64,000 nucleotides of DNA, from NCBI RefSeq assembly GCF_006345805.1, contig NC_042997.1, positions 175,398,001 through 175,462,000 of the forward strand. Direction: 5' to 3'. A program made the position numbers and the translations under genes. The notes below the pieces were generated by a model that had not been told where the DNA came from, made no database searches, and was given only the letters and a program-made list of their open reading frames with translations. How positions within the stretch are numbered: position 1 is the stretch's first letter; each line of letters starts with the position of its first letter. This document shows, in pieces, positions 53,693-64,000 of this stretch. Source of the DNA: Octopus sinensis (taxonomy: Eukaryota).

Positions 53693-56205
53693 ACTAGCAA
53701 TGCACCCTGGCATTGCCTGGGTGTTATGACCTATAGCCACATTTTATTATTTGTTCCTTTCTTATGGTCAGAATTGGCACACGAGGAGTATAAAGCAAAC
53801 AACTCTTCTTTATAAACATGTTTTTTGGTCATTTTCTGATGAACAAAGCTGCAGTTTCCATCTATCAAATTCAGTCACAAGTCTGTGGTTGGCCTAGGGT
53901 TAAAGTAGAAAACAAATGTAAATATTCATAAAGGAAGTTGACTCATTTAATGTCTGATTAGGTTTTTACAGTAAAAATGTAATGAAGTTGACTTTTATTT
54001 ATGCTTACTTTTTCCGCATAAATTTACTAAAACCATTAAATGGTTAATTACTTTTTGAAGTTTGACGTTCATGCTGGTGGTAATCGTGGTCCAGGCCATA
54101 TTTTACATAGCTTGGAGTTTCTACCTATCACAAGGGAGCCCAGCAATTTCCTTAAATAAGTCAGTTTTTCTCTGCTTAAGAAGTCGAGCTTGCGTTTCGC
54201 CTCCAGGAAGCTATTGCTCACTTTCTCTGTGTTAGGACAATGAAATTCATCACCGCTGACATTGCCACTACCAGCTCTTACTGCATCTAACACCACCAAC
54301 AACAACATCATAATTCATTCCTCAGACATATAAACTCACTAAGTGAATATGACTTAGCATTCCTAGAAACCTTCATTTACCTTATACGATGTTTAATGTC
54401 ATTTCACATTCATGTTGAATTATGCAGCAATCTTATGTTCTCTTCATAGAACACTTGCAATGTATGTATTACCAGTTCTTTTGGTATAGTAGATTTTTAC
54501 TATTCTTGTTTGTGTCTCCTCACAGACGTGTATATTCTAACAAGTTGCTTCTTAAATTTCACACCTCCCTTGTTCAGTAAACACTGAGTTAAACTTGCAT
54601 AGCTGTTTATTTTCTCCTTTCGATTTTTAATGCTTATTTTAGTGGGTTATCAAACTATCAATTTGATCTCCCGGCTAAAATGGTAACAGCAAATTTTAAA
54701 GTTTACTTGACATTTTATATGCGTGAAAGGGATTAAAATTTTAATACTTCGTATCAAAGGTTCCAACAAGAACAGGCAGAAAATAAGAGCTTGAGACAAG
54801 ACACTTTCTACCGATCAGAATTCTGTTTACATAATCAGTTTGATCGGTCACCTTCCTCTGTCGGTTGAGTAAAGTGTCATCCAAGCTGATGTTTATGGGT
54901 AATTAAACTTAATTTGCAACACTTGTGCATATTTATCAGCTTTGTTTTTGTTGATAAGAATTATCAACAACATTTTCTGTGATTGTGATTTGAGAAAACA
55001 TACAAAAGTATGCTAAAGATCGAACATAATGTCCAACCCATGCTTAACTGAGCAAGAAATGTAAAATAAAGTTTATTATAAACAACACAAATACTTCATA
55101 ATTTAATAGCTTTCAATGTGATACCTGTTAAACAGAAATTATTTTTATTTAATGAAAATTTAATAAAATCTAATCATAAGTAAGTGAAATTATGCTAAAT
55201 AAAACTAAATTGAAAATATTTTTCCCCTGGCCATATCGGCAATCCTGAAAACTTTTGGATGCGAATTTTACACGAGTAGAAGCTTCTTTTTAGCAATTTT
55301 TATCCTGAAAATCACTTGCATGAATTACACAGGTGCGCAAATTACATGGGGTTTTACAGCAGAAGTGTTAAGACCAATCCTGCAGATGGTGTAAAACACT
55401 TGTGACAGTGCCATGTAAAAGCACCCATGCTGCCTCAAGAAAAAGTGCCTGTGTGGTGCCACGTAAAAGCACCCAGCACAATCTGTAAAGTGGTTGGCAC
55501 TAGGAAGGGCATCCAGCTGTAGAAACCACGCCAGATCAGACTGGAGTCTGGTGCAACTCCCCAGCTTTTCAGCTCTGGTCAAACTGTCCAACCCATGCAA
55601 GCATAGACAACAGACCTTAAATGATGATGATGATGAAAACATTTGATATCTTGTTCTCTTTGTTTCCTAAAGTTCCTGCTGTATATTGTTTCTGTTGGTT
55701 TCACTATTTATACATAACCTTGATTGGTAGACTTAAATCTGTTACCTGGTTCACCACCATCACCTTGTCTTTGACTTCCTTTACTGGAGCCTACTCTGTT
55801 GTAATAATTATTTTCTTTATGTGAAAAAGAAGGAAATGTCTGTGACCTTCTTAAGCCCGTTTTAGATTAAAAGGAAAAGATTAGGTTCATACTATAACAT
55901 TATTGTGTTTGTTGTTCTAAGTGAATTTCTGTGGATTTATTGACTAGAGGGAACACATAAACAACTGAATCTATTGTGAATACAATTTCTCAGGGGACAC
56001 ATCATAAATATGTATTTTCTCAAATAGCCAAAACATTCATAAAATCTTCAACTAAAGGAAGTGATAGCAAATACATAGGGAAAAAATCTGAGGATTTAAC
56101 AACCAAACATAAATTCAACAGAAAATGGTTGTTGAGTATAAATGTAATATAAACTGTGGGCATAAACATTTACATAAGTGCAAAATGTGTTCAAAGTATT
56201 TCAGC

Positions 56206-56443
56206 CCACAGGTATATGGCATAGTGGTTAAGAGCGTGGGTTATTAACCCCAAGATTCCAAGTTCGATTCCAGGCAGTGACCTTAATAATAATAACACCA
56301 AAAAAAATACCTTAGGAATGAGAACCCAGGTTCAAAATTTCCCCAAGACACCTGATGAAGGCTGGAGGGTATATCAGCCGAAACATTGTGTTAACAACAA
56401 ACAAGATGAGGACAAATATCCGTCAAATATAAATAATGTAAAT
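56206..56443 (+). mobile_element. tRNA-headed SINE carrying a hammerhead-ribozyme motif
   Basis: 13-bp TSD aaagtatttcagc (56193-56205 and 56444-56456), A box 56217-56227, B box 56262-56271, HHR core 56347-56392. Confidence 0.85.
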
Positions 56444-58284
56444 AAAGTATTTCAGCTAAAAAATATTGCAACTTGAGATAAATTTGAAAGCAACTATAAT
56501 AGCAGGTCATTTCTGTTACTGCAGCAACCTAATCAATGCTGGAAATGAGTAACAAAGGTTTCTAGTTGCAATGGAGCTGTGAAGCTGAACTCTACTGTAA
56601 ATACAACCATACTTTCTATGTACGCAGTTTAAAAGATAGATGAAATGCATGCTTACACAAACATGCATGCATTTCCTCCTCCTTTGCTCATGATTTTCCT
56701 GCAGTTGTTCAAAGTGAACATCGAGTAATTTGACAGGACCTGCAAAGATTATGTCCCACGTTTCTCCACCTCCTCCTGACTATCAAGATTTGAAATATGA
56801 TATATATAGCTATCATACAGGTGCACTGATAATATAAAGTGCATGAGCTGATCAGACAGTCGTCAAAATGTGGTTCATATTTTCAATTATTTGGATGGCC
56901 TAGTTTGTATTGAATTTAGTTATAGTTAACATACTGTTGCTAGACTAAGAATGTTGGAGAAGAAATTCAGGAACCTGTTGCTTCTGTTAGCATACATAAT
57001 TGTGAGACATTGTATGAGAAAGATCAGTGAGGAAATGAAGTGAGCAAGATCTTTTAAATACATAACATTAATATATATTAAAAGCAGGTCACATGCCATC
57101 TGAAAGAGTAGCTCATACTAAAGGGCATCATCTAGGACAGACAACCATACTTTTACGTGTTTCAGTCATTTGATTGCCCATGCTGGAGTACCACCTTTAG
57201 TCAAACAAATCAATCCTAGGGCTTTGTAAGCCTAGTGAAAGTCTAGTACAAGTTACCAGGTCATACTCACTCACAAGTAACTGCTAAGCTTAGTCTCCTT
57301 CACTGTTGAATTTATGGTGGCTGATTTGCAACAGCCTAATTCATATTGAACCTTTTTTCTTTTTTGTTAATGTATTATTTGAAGTAGGAAAAGCAACATT
57401 ATAAGTTTTTGTTGGGTTTCCCGTGACTGTGGAAGAAAAGGAAGCAAGATACCATGACTACTTGGTTATTGCAATAACAAGTAGTACATTAATATATCAG
57501 ACTAAACTCAGACCATAGTCTTAGTCTAAATATCTGAACCAGAGTGGCTTCTATCTATGAACTTAAGGTTGTACCATGTGACAAGTAACCCTTTTAATAC
57601 CAACCCACTTGAGAAAGCTCCTGGTTCTATGACAAACTTCCTGATTTTAAAATGATCTAAAGCAGAGTTATGCATGAACCCCTTTGATTACTATTTTATT
57701 CTGGTGGATCCCCATAGTCATTCAATGCTTAAAAACTAATTTTATAGAAACTTCTTTTAAAATTCCTATTTTGTTTTTCACGCATTAACTTATGTAGGTT
57801 GAATTGTGTAAAATTAGAGAAAGAAACCTAGCTGTTTCTTGCAATACATACCAATACATACATCTGAAGCAAAATTTTTTCAGGAGCCCTTAAAATACTA
57901 TTGTGGCTCCCCAATTTACTATTTTGTTGCACAAGCCCCCCAAAAATCTTATATGAACCTTCAGGGGCCATATGGATCCCATTTGAGAACCACTGATCTG
58001 AATGATCTAAATCAAAACTTTCTTTCAAAATTTCATGATAATTTATGTTCCAAACACCAACTTAATAATGATAAAGTTGTTTTACTAAATTCTTTGTATT
58101 TTCAAAATCATTTGAAACAAAGGCAGTGTATTTCAACAGAAATATAACAGAAAAGTTAAGTCTGCTAACCAGTTGATACTTTCCTCAGTGATGGGGAATT
58201 TCCAAGATATTTGTATTTATAATATTTACATGTGTTGTTTTGAACTGAAACAAGTAAAGATATTTTTTTTCTTTTTATTTAAAG

Positions 58285-58382
58285 TTTTTCCAGAAAACTG
58301 TTCCTGCCATATATGAACAAGACCAAGAGAAACTTATCCATACTGCTTTTCTTATCAAATACAATGCCAAAAAAATGAAAAG
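58285..58382 (+). CDS. EVI5: EVI5-like exon (FFQKTVPAIYEQDQEKLIHTAFLIKYNAKKMK), last identified in the window
   Basis: Poly-T tract and aaag acceptor, gtaag donor; KYNxKKMK motif before the coiled coil. The next exon was not found before 64000. Confidence 0.92.
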
Positions 58383-59504
58383 GTAAGATTTTTCTTTCCT
58401 TTATTTTCCTTCCTATATTTTCTCTGTTTATTTTTTAGCTCTTTCAGTATTCTGCTTCATCAGTCTCTGGTTAGAATTACATATGTACTTCATGCATCTC
58501 ATAGCTTCAATTACCTCTATTGTTGTGTGTTTTTAATTAGAAACAGTAGTTCCTGAACCATAACCTTGTTAGCAGTTTAATCCAATAGAACAATTAATGA
58601 CTAGGTTGCATTTAAATATTTCTATGTAGGAAGCGGTGATAAAGAGTGCAGTTTAATTTCAAGTATTTATATTCCTTTTTTTTTTTTTTTTACCTTCTCG
58701 AGCCATGCCAGGCTCATAAGGGCCGGTTTCCTGGTTTCAGTGGTGTAGAAATTCCCCACCCGCATGGGACTCCGGTCCGTTGCAGGATTGCTCATTTTTG
58801 CCAGCTGAGTGGACTGGAGCAACATGAAATGAAGTGTTTTGCTCAAGAACACAATGCGTCGCCCGGTCCAGGAATTGAAACCACATCCTTACTATTATAG
58901 GTTCAACACCCTAACCACTAAGCCATGAACCTCCACTTGTATTCCTTCATCCAAAGTAATTCCAACTGCATTCCCTAGAAGATTACTACAGATGTTTGTA
59001 GCTCAGTGTATGGGCCCCTGCATCAGGTACATGCAGATTTGAAACGTATAACATGTCTGTCAAACTACTGTATATCAACTTCTTGAATCCCAAGAGGTTG
59101 TAACTCAAGTGCAGCGTTAGACTAACATTGTTGAAGTTACATGCATTCTACAATGTAAAATGTTCATGGCAAATTTCATGCATTTCATCAGCTGCAATGA
59201 TTCTGAAAGCTTTCATTTTGATTGGTTAGTGTTGAGTTGGCTGAGTATGTTACATAAAGCAGTCATTCACAATAGTGTATTCCTTGAGGCTTTGAATTTG
59301 CGCTTTGTTGATTGATTTTTTCTTCTATCTACATAGTTTGTTTCTAAATTTACATAGTGCTTCAAGCCACAATCTCCATATTTCTGTTTACAGATGATAG
59401 AAATATTCTCTACATATACCATATGTATATAACTGTATATACCACATATATGACGAGCAAAACGCACCCCTGTCCAATGGACGGTGCTGAGTTGTCAAAC
59501 ATTT

Positions 59505-59848
59505 AAACTAGATTTTCTCAAAACAACTTGTCTGACCGTCCCATTTTGTGGCATTACTTCAAGCCAGCCGGCTTTTTTTGCGCAAACTGCACGTGCATTT
59601 TTCTCACGTACGCATAGTATCGATTGCAACAACTGATGTACTTGTGTGTACAAATGCACATTCCCATGGCTTTATCGATTGCATTTTCACCCGGAATAAA
59701 TTTTTGTAATTTTTTCAAGACTTATACACGCCCTGATACCGTCGGTATCTACATATCGAATTTGAGCGCAATCGGATGGAGGATGCCCGAGATCCTAGAA
59801 GACACACAGACAGACAGACAGACAGAATGGATTTTATATAATAGATAA
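59505..59848 (-). mobile_element. Non-autonomous Helitron-like element
   Basis: Minus strand begins tctattatataaaa...(tctg)n and ends ctagt. Confidence 0.55.
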
Positions 59849-61880
59849 CTGTTTCTGATTGAATTTCCCTTGATTTGTAAAGTCTATCATACTTTAAACA
59901 TAAAACCAAATTGTTTTGTGGCCAAGTTTGTGAAAATAGTATCAATTTGCACATTTTTGTTGTAGTAGTAGTCTCTTCTGACAAAGAATGAAACCACAGA
60001 ATCTTGGGAGAGAGGAAAATGGAATGCAGTCACATTCATACCTTTCTAAATTACATTAATGACATGAGGGAAAAGTGAAACGACTTCAGGTATTGATCAA
60101 AACTAGTTCATAGTCAAGTCACTATGGAGGCCTCAATGTTGTCATTTGACATGTTAGAAGTAACAGCCAAACCTTCTTTAAATCACTATCAGCTGTATTT
60201 AAAAAAATGGTAGAGTACTTTAGATAATGAAAACCTAGATACATTATATAATTAAAAGGAAATGAACACAACTTGAACATGTTGTTTTTATAGGTCAGTC
60301 TTTATTGATTTAAATAGCAATTCAGTGTACTTTCTAATCAATGTATATTGTGTCAATTGTTGTGTAAGTCTACTAATGATATATATAAGCATTGACATTG
60401 GCTAGCTATCAATATTTTGTATAACGTGTGACTGTCTATGTGATTTTCTTTGATTTTCTCTCATTCATCCACCTCTCTTTCTGTGCGTGTGTTGTTCTGT
60501 GTCTCATCTAAACATCTCAATTTAATAACAACCAATATAAATGTTAGTTGATTTCTTCACTTGTGCTTTACATCATATGGAGAGAGAGTGAACATATCAG
60601 GTGTAGGATGAGTACACATACTAGGCTTAAAGAGAGAGAGAGAGGAAGATAAGCATAACTCTGGTTTGGTGTTCTGAAAAATACATATTTTTTTAAAATA
60701 AAATTTTGCAGGGTTAGAGTTTTGATGGTGTAAAGTTCAATTATCATCATCATCATCATCATTTAACGTCCACTTTCCATGCTAGCATGGGTTGGACGAT
60801 TTGACTGAGGTCTGGCGAACCAGTCTCCAATCTGATCTGGCAGAATTTCTACAGCTGGATGCCCTTCCTAACACCAACCACTCCGAGAGTGTAGTGGGTG
60901 CTTTTACGTCCCACTGGCACGAGGGCCAGTTTGGTGGTACTGGCAACGGCCACGCCCAAATGATGCTTTTTACGTGCCACCTGCACAGGAGCCAGTCCAG
61001 CGGCACTGGCGACGACCTCGCTCAAATATTTCACATACCACCAGCACAAGTGGTAAAAATTTAGAAAAATAATGACAAACATTTATAATAATATTAAAAC
61101 GAAAAATTGGTGTTCAGATTAATGACAAGTGTAATGCTTATTTATTCATATTAGTTTGAAGTAAGCATGCCTTATTTTCTAGCTTTGAGACTTCCACAAT
61201 GTGATTGCTTATTTTTGAGAATGACACTGTAGGACAGGTGTGAGAGGTTAGATATGGCCAGGGGGAACATTTAGGACAGACATGGCTGGTTTAAGTGCTA
61301 ACAGGTTTAGGACAGATATAGCTGGTTAAAATGCTAAAGAGTTAGTTCAAGGTAAAAAGTGTTTCTTTTGAAATTAGTATTAATTTCATTATTTTATATA
61401 AGCATCAAGAAATTTGATAAAAGTTGAATTATAATTATCGTATGTATGTCAATATTTCCTGATATTAATCACGGTGGCAAAAGTATTCTTCCAAAGTTAT
61501 CCACCATATGACAGGTAACAGTCTAATTTAAACATATTCATGATGTGGGTAAGTCTGTTGCCAGCAAAATTTCAATTTAATTCATTTGAGTCACTTTTTA
61601 AGTAAACCAAAACTTTAGAAGCACAGTCTAACATCCATACTTTTCTTTCTTTTGCATTTCTACATCTTTTAAAAATCGTAAATTGGCCTGTGCTATCTTC
61701 CATTAAATGTCAGTGCATGAGCATATATGCATGTGCTTGTGCATTCAAACACGTGTACTCAATTGCCAGTATGAAACTCAGCAAAAAACTCAGAAAAGAG
61801 GCTGAGCAAATCATCAGCTTCAAATGAATTTATAAAATGTACTTAAGTAATATTGAGTACACATTCTTTTGTTACATTCA

Positions 61881-61916
<36 letters not shown>

Positions 61917-64000
61917 AGGTAATGCTATAAGAGTAACTCAAAGGCCTTAATTTTCATGTCAATGCATGTTTGAAAAGTGCCTTGACACGACTTTCTAACC
62001 CATGGATCACTCTTGAAGTATTTTCAACTAATAACAGATTTTACATACTATGCTGTATGAATTTAGTATTCTTGCCTTCCATTTGTAGAACCATTATTCC
62101 TATACACACACCACCACCCCCATTTGGTTGGGGAAGCTTTTTCTTTTGCCCCCCCCCACTCCCCATTTCTCCTATCTCCTTTCGTTTTTGGCATATCTTG
62201 CAAGCTTGTTGGCAACATCGCTAGTGCCAGTGACATGAAGGTAGGAAGCAGGAAAAAGGCACCCACTACAAAGTGGCTAGTGTTACCTAGAGAATCCAGC
62301 TGTAGAAGCCATGCCAAAGCTAACACTGGAGCTTCAATGCAGCCTTACAGCTCACTGGAGTCTGATGAACCATCCAGTCTATGCCAGCATAGAAGATGAA
62401 CATCAAATGTTTATGATTATGTGTATGTGTGTGTGTAGGAGTGTTCAAGGTCTTAAACCTAAAATATCCTCTCCAGTATCATAATAAACTAAATAAACAC
62501 ACCTATTTCATTGCATTTCAATGGTTGATGGCAGAAAGGGCGTAAGCCCATATCCAACACACTACTTCAGCCCAAGTTGTATGCAGTACAATGCAGGCTT
62601 GAGATATGTACAAATACTGCTGTATTGCTAGTCTTCCTATAACCCACACCATTAGGAAAATGTCATAAGATTGTAAATACTGTAATATACAATAAAGAAT
62701 AAATACTACACATATATATATACACCTGTTTCTCTTGAAAAATTGGAGGCTAGAACACATCATAGAAATTTTGCTGTTATTCCAGTATATGTTTCTGTGT
62801 CAAAAGGACAAAAGAATAGCACAATATTGTTTTAAGAAACTGGGATGAGTTCTTAATAGAAATGTATGAGTGACCAAACAATTACTAAAGCAAGGATTGG
62901 GGGAGAAAAAAAAGAATTAAACAGGAAAGCAAGATATTGAAAAAGCTGATACAATAAATTGTATTAGTTAATTGTCATCGTAGCTATCCTGGTCAATGGT
63001 TTGTATGTTGTATTTCCTATGCTTTTAGCATTTATGGAATTTGTCCTTTATTTCTTATACATAAATAGATAAGGCAGTGTGCTGTTATCTGTGTGGTGAC
63101 CATAATATGAGACTTTAAAGATAAATGTTGTTATAATGGCATGAATTTTAAATGTTTTACTTGTTTCTGTCATTGGACTGCAGCCAAGTTGGGTCACTAC
63201 TTCGAAGGATTTTTAGCTGAACAGATCAACTCCAGTGTATATTTTAAGTCTGATACTTATTCTACCAGTCTCTTTTTGCTGAAACACTAATCACAGGACT
63301 ATAAGTAAAGCAACACCAGTTGCTAAGCAATGGGAGGTGGGGGTGACAATCACAACCATAAAGACACATCCACACACACTGAGTTATGTATACACACAGA
63401 TGCCTTCCTCACATTTCCATCTACCAAATTTATTTCTCACAAGATACTGGCCCGTCTGAGGCTATAGCAGAAGACACTTGCCCAAGGTGTCATATAGTGT
63501 GACTAAACCTGAAACCATGTAGTCATGTCTGCACCTAACTATTAAAAAGTAAAATAGAATTATTTTAAATATTAGTGTTAAAGGCACCAAATCGGTAGTC
63601 ATTAGAGTGTTGGATAGAATGGTTTATAAATTTTGTTTGAGTTTTGTCCTCTGCACTCTGACTCCAAGTCCTGCCAAGGTCAAATTGGTTTGTCTCCTTT
63701 GTGGTCAATAAATAAATTAACAGTTAAGTGGGTGTTGATTCATCTCTCTCTCTCTCCCTCTTTCTCTCTCCCTCTTTCTCTCTCTCTCTCTCTCAACTAC
63801 AATATGCTGTGAGAAGGGTCATGGTGAACACTCACCTCAGTGACCCTTTCTCCAGAAAGAGAGTAAGATTAAGTGAGGGCTTGCAGTCCAGTCCCTTCTC
63901 TTGGACAAAACTTATATGCTTACTGGAACCATCCCAGTTGGAATTATATGGAATACACCATCTAACAGAAATTTTTTTAAATGTTGGTGGTTTTTAACAT

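Noticed and set aside
56712-56820. Possible cassette exon after ttttcctgcag
   Set aside because: Stops in all three frames and no homology; needs RNA evidence.
58440-58475. Minus-strand CTGATGA...GAAA near the last exon
   Set aside because: Helix II overlaps the required G12, and helices I and III do not form.
59175-59215. Minus-strand gcag-CTGATGA-aatgcat-GAAA
   Set aside because: No loop for helix II and no room for U16.1/H17; likely chance.
63811-63852. Nested stem-loop gagaagggtca...tgaccctttctc
   Set aside because: Short, single, with no recognisable RNA motif; probably part of an old repeat.
346-63997. Most 60-190 aa ORFs in the supplied track
   Set aside because: They translate SINEs, microsatellites or low-complexity DNA, with no splice or domain support.

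Overview
AT-rich, repeat-dense animal genomic DNA. The SINE families resemble those I recall from Octopus (inference, not verified). The window lies inside one + strand gene, an EVI5/EVI5L-like Rab-GAP (TBC domain). Eight GT-AG exons (15121-58382) splice phase-compatibly into 990 nt (330 codons) of open frame; neither the start nor the stop exon was found. The introns hold tRNA-derived SINEs, RTE-type LINE fragments and tails, a deleted mariner, a DD37D (maT) relic, a hAT relic, and piggyBac-, hAT-, Tc2- and Merlin-like MITEs. Nearly all short ORFs in the supplied track are repeat artefacts. The most unusual signal is a set of minimal type I hammerhead-ribozyme (HHR) motifs in four unrelated small elements. 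These are a tRNA-headed SINE carrying an HHR within a 13-bp target-site duplication (TSD), a perfect 73-bp palindrome carrying an HHR core on each strand 100 nt from an exon, an antisense Penelope-like HHR, and a fold-back element with a U3-A8 core variant. All folds were made by eye and none is tested.
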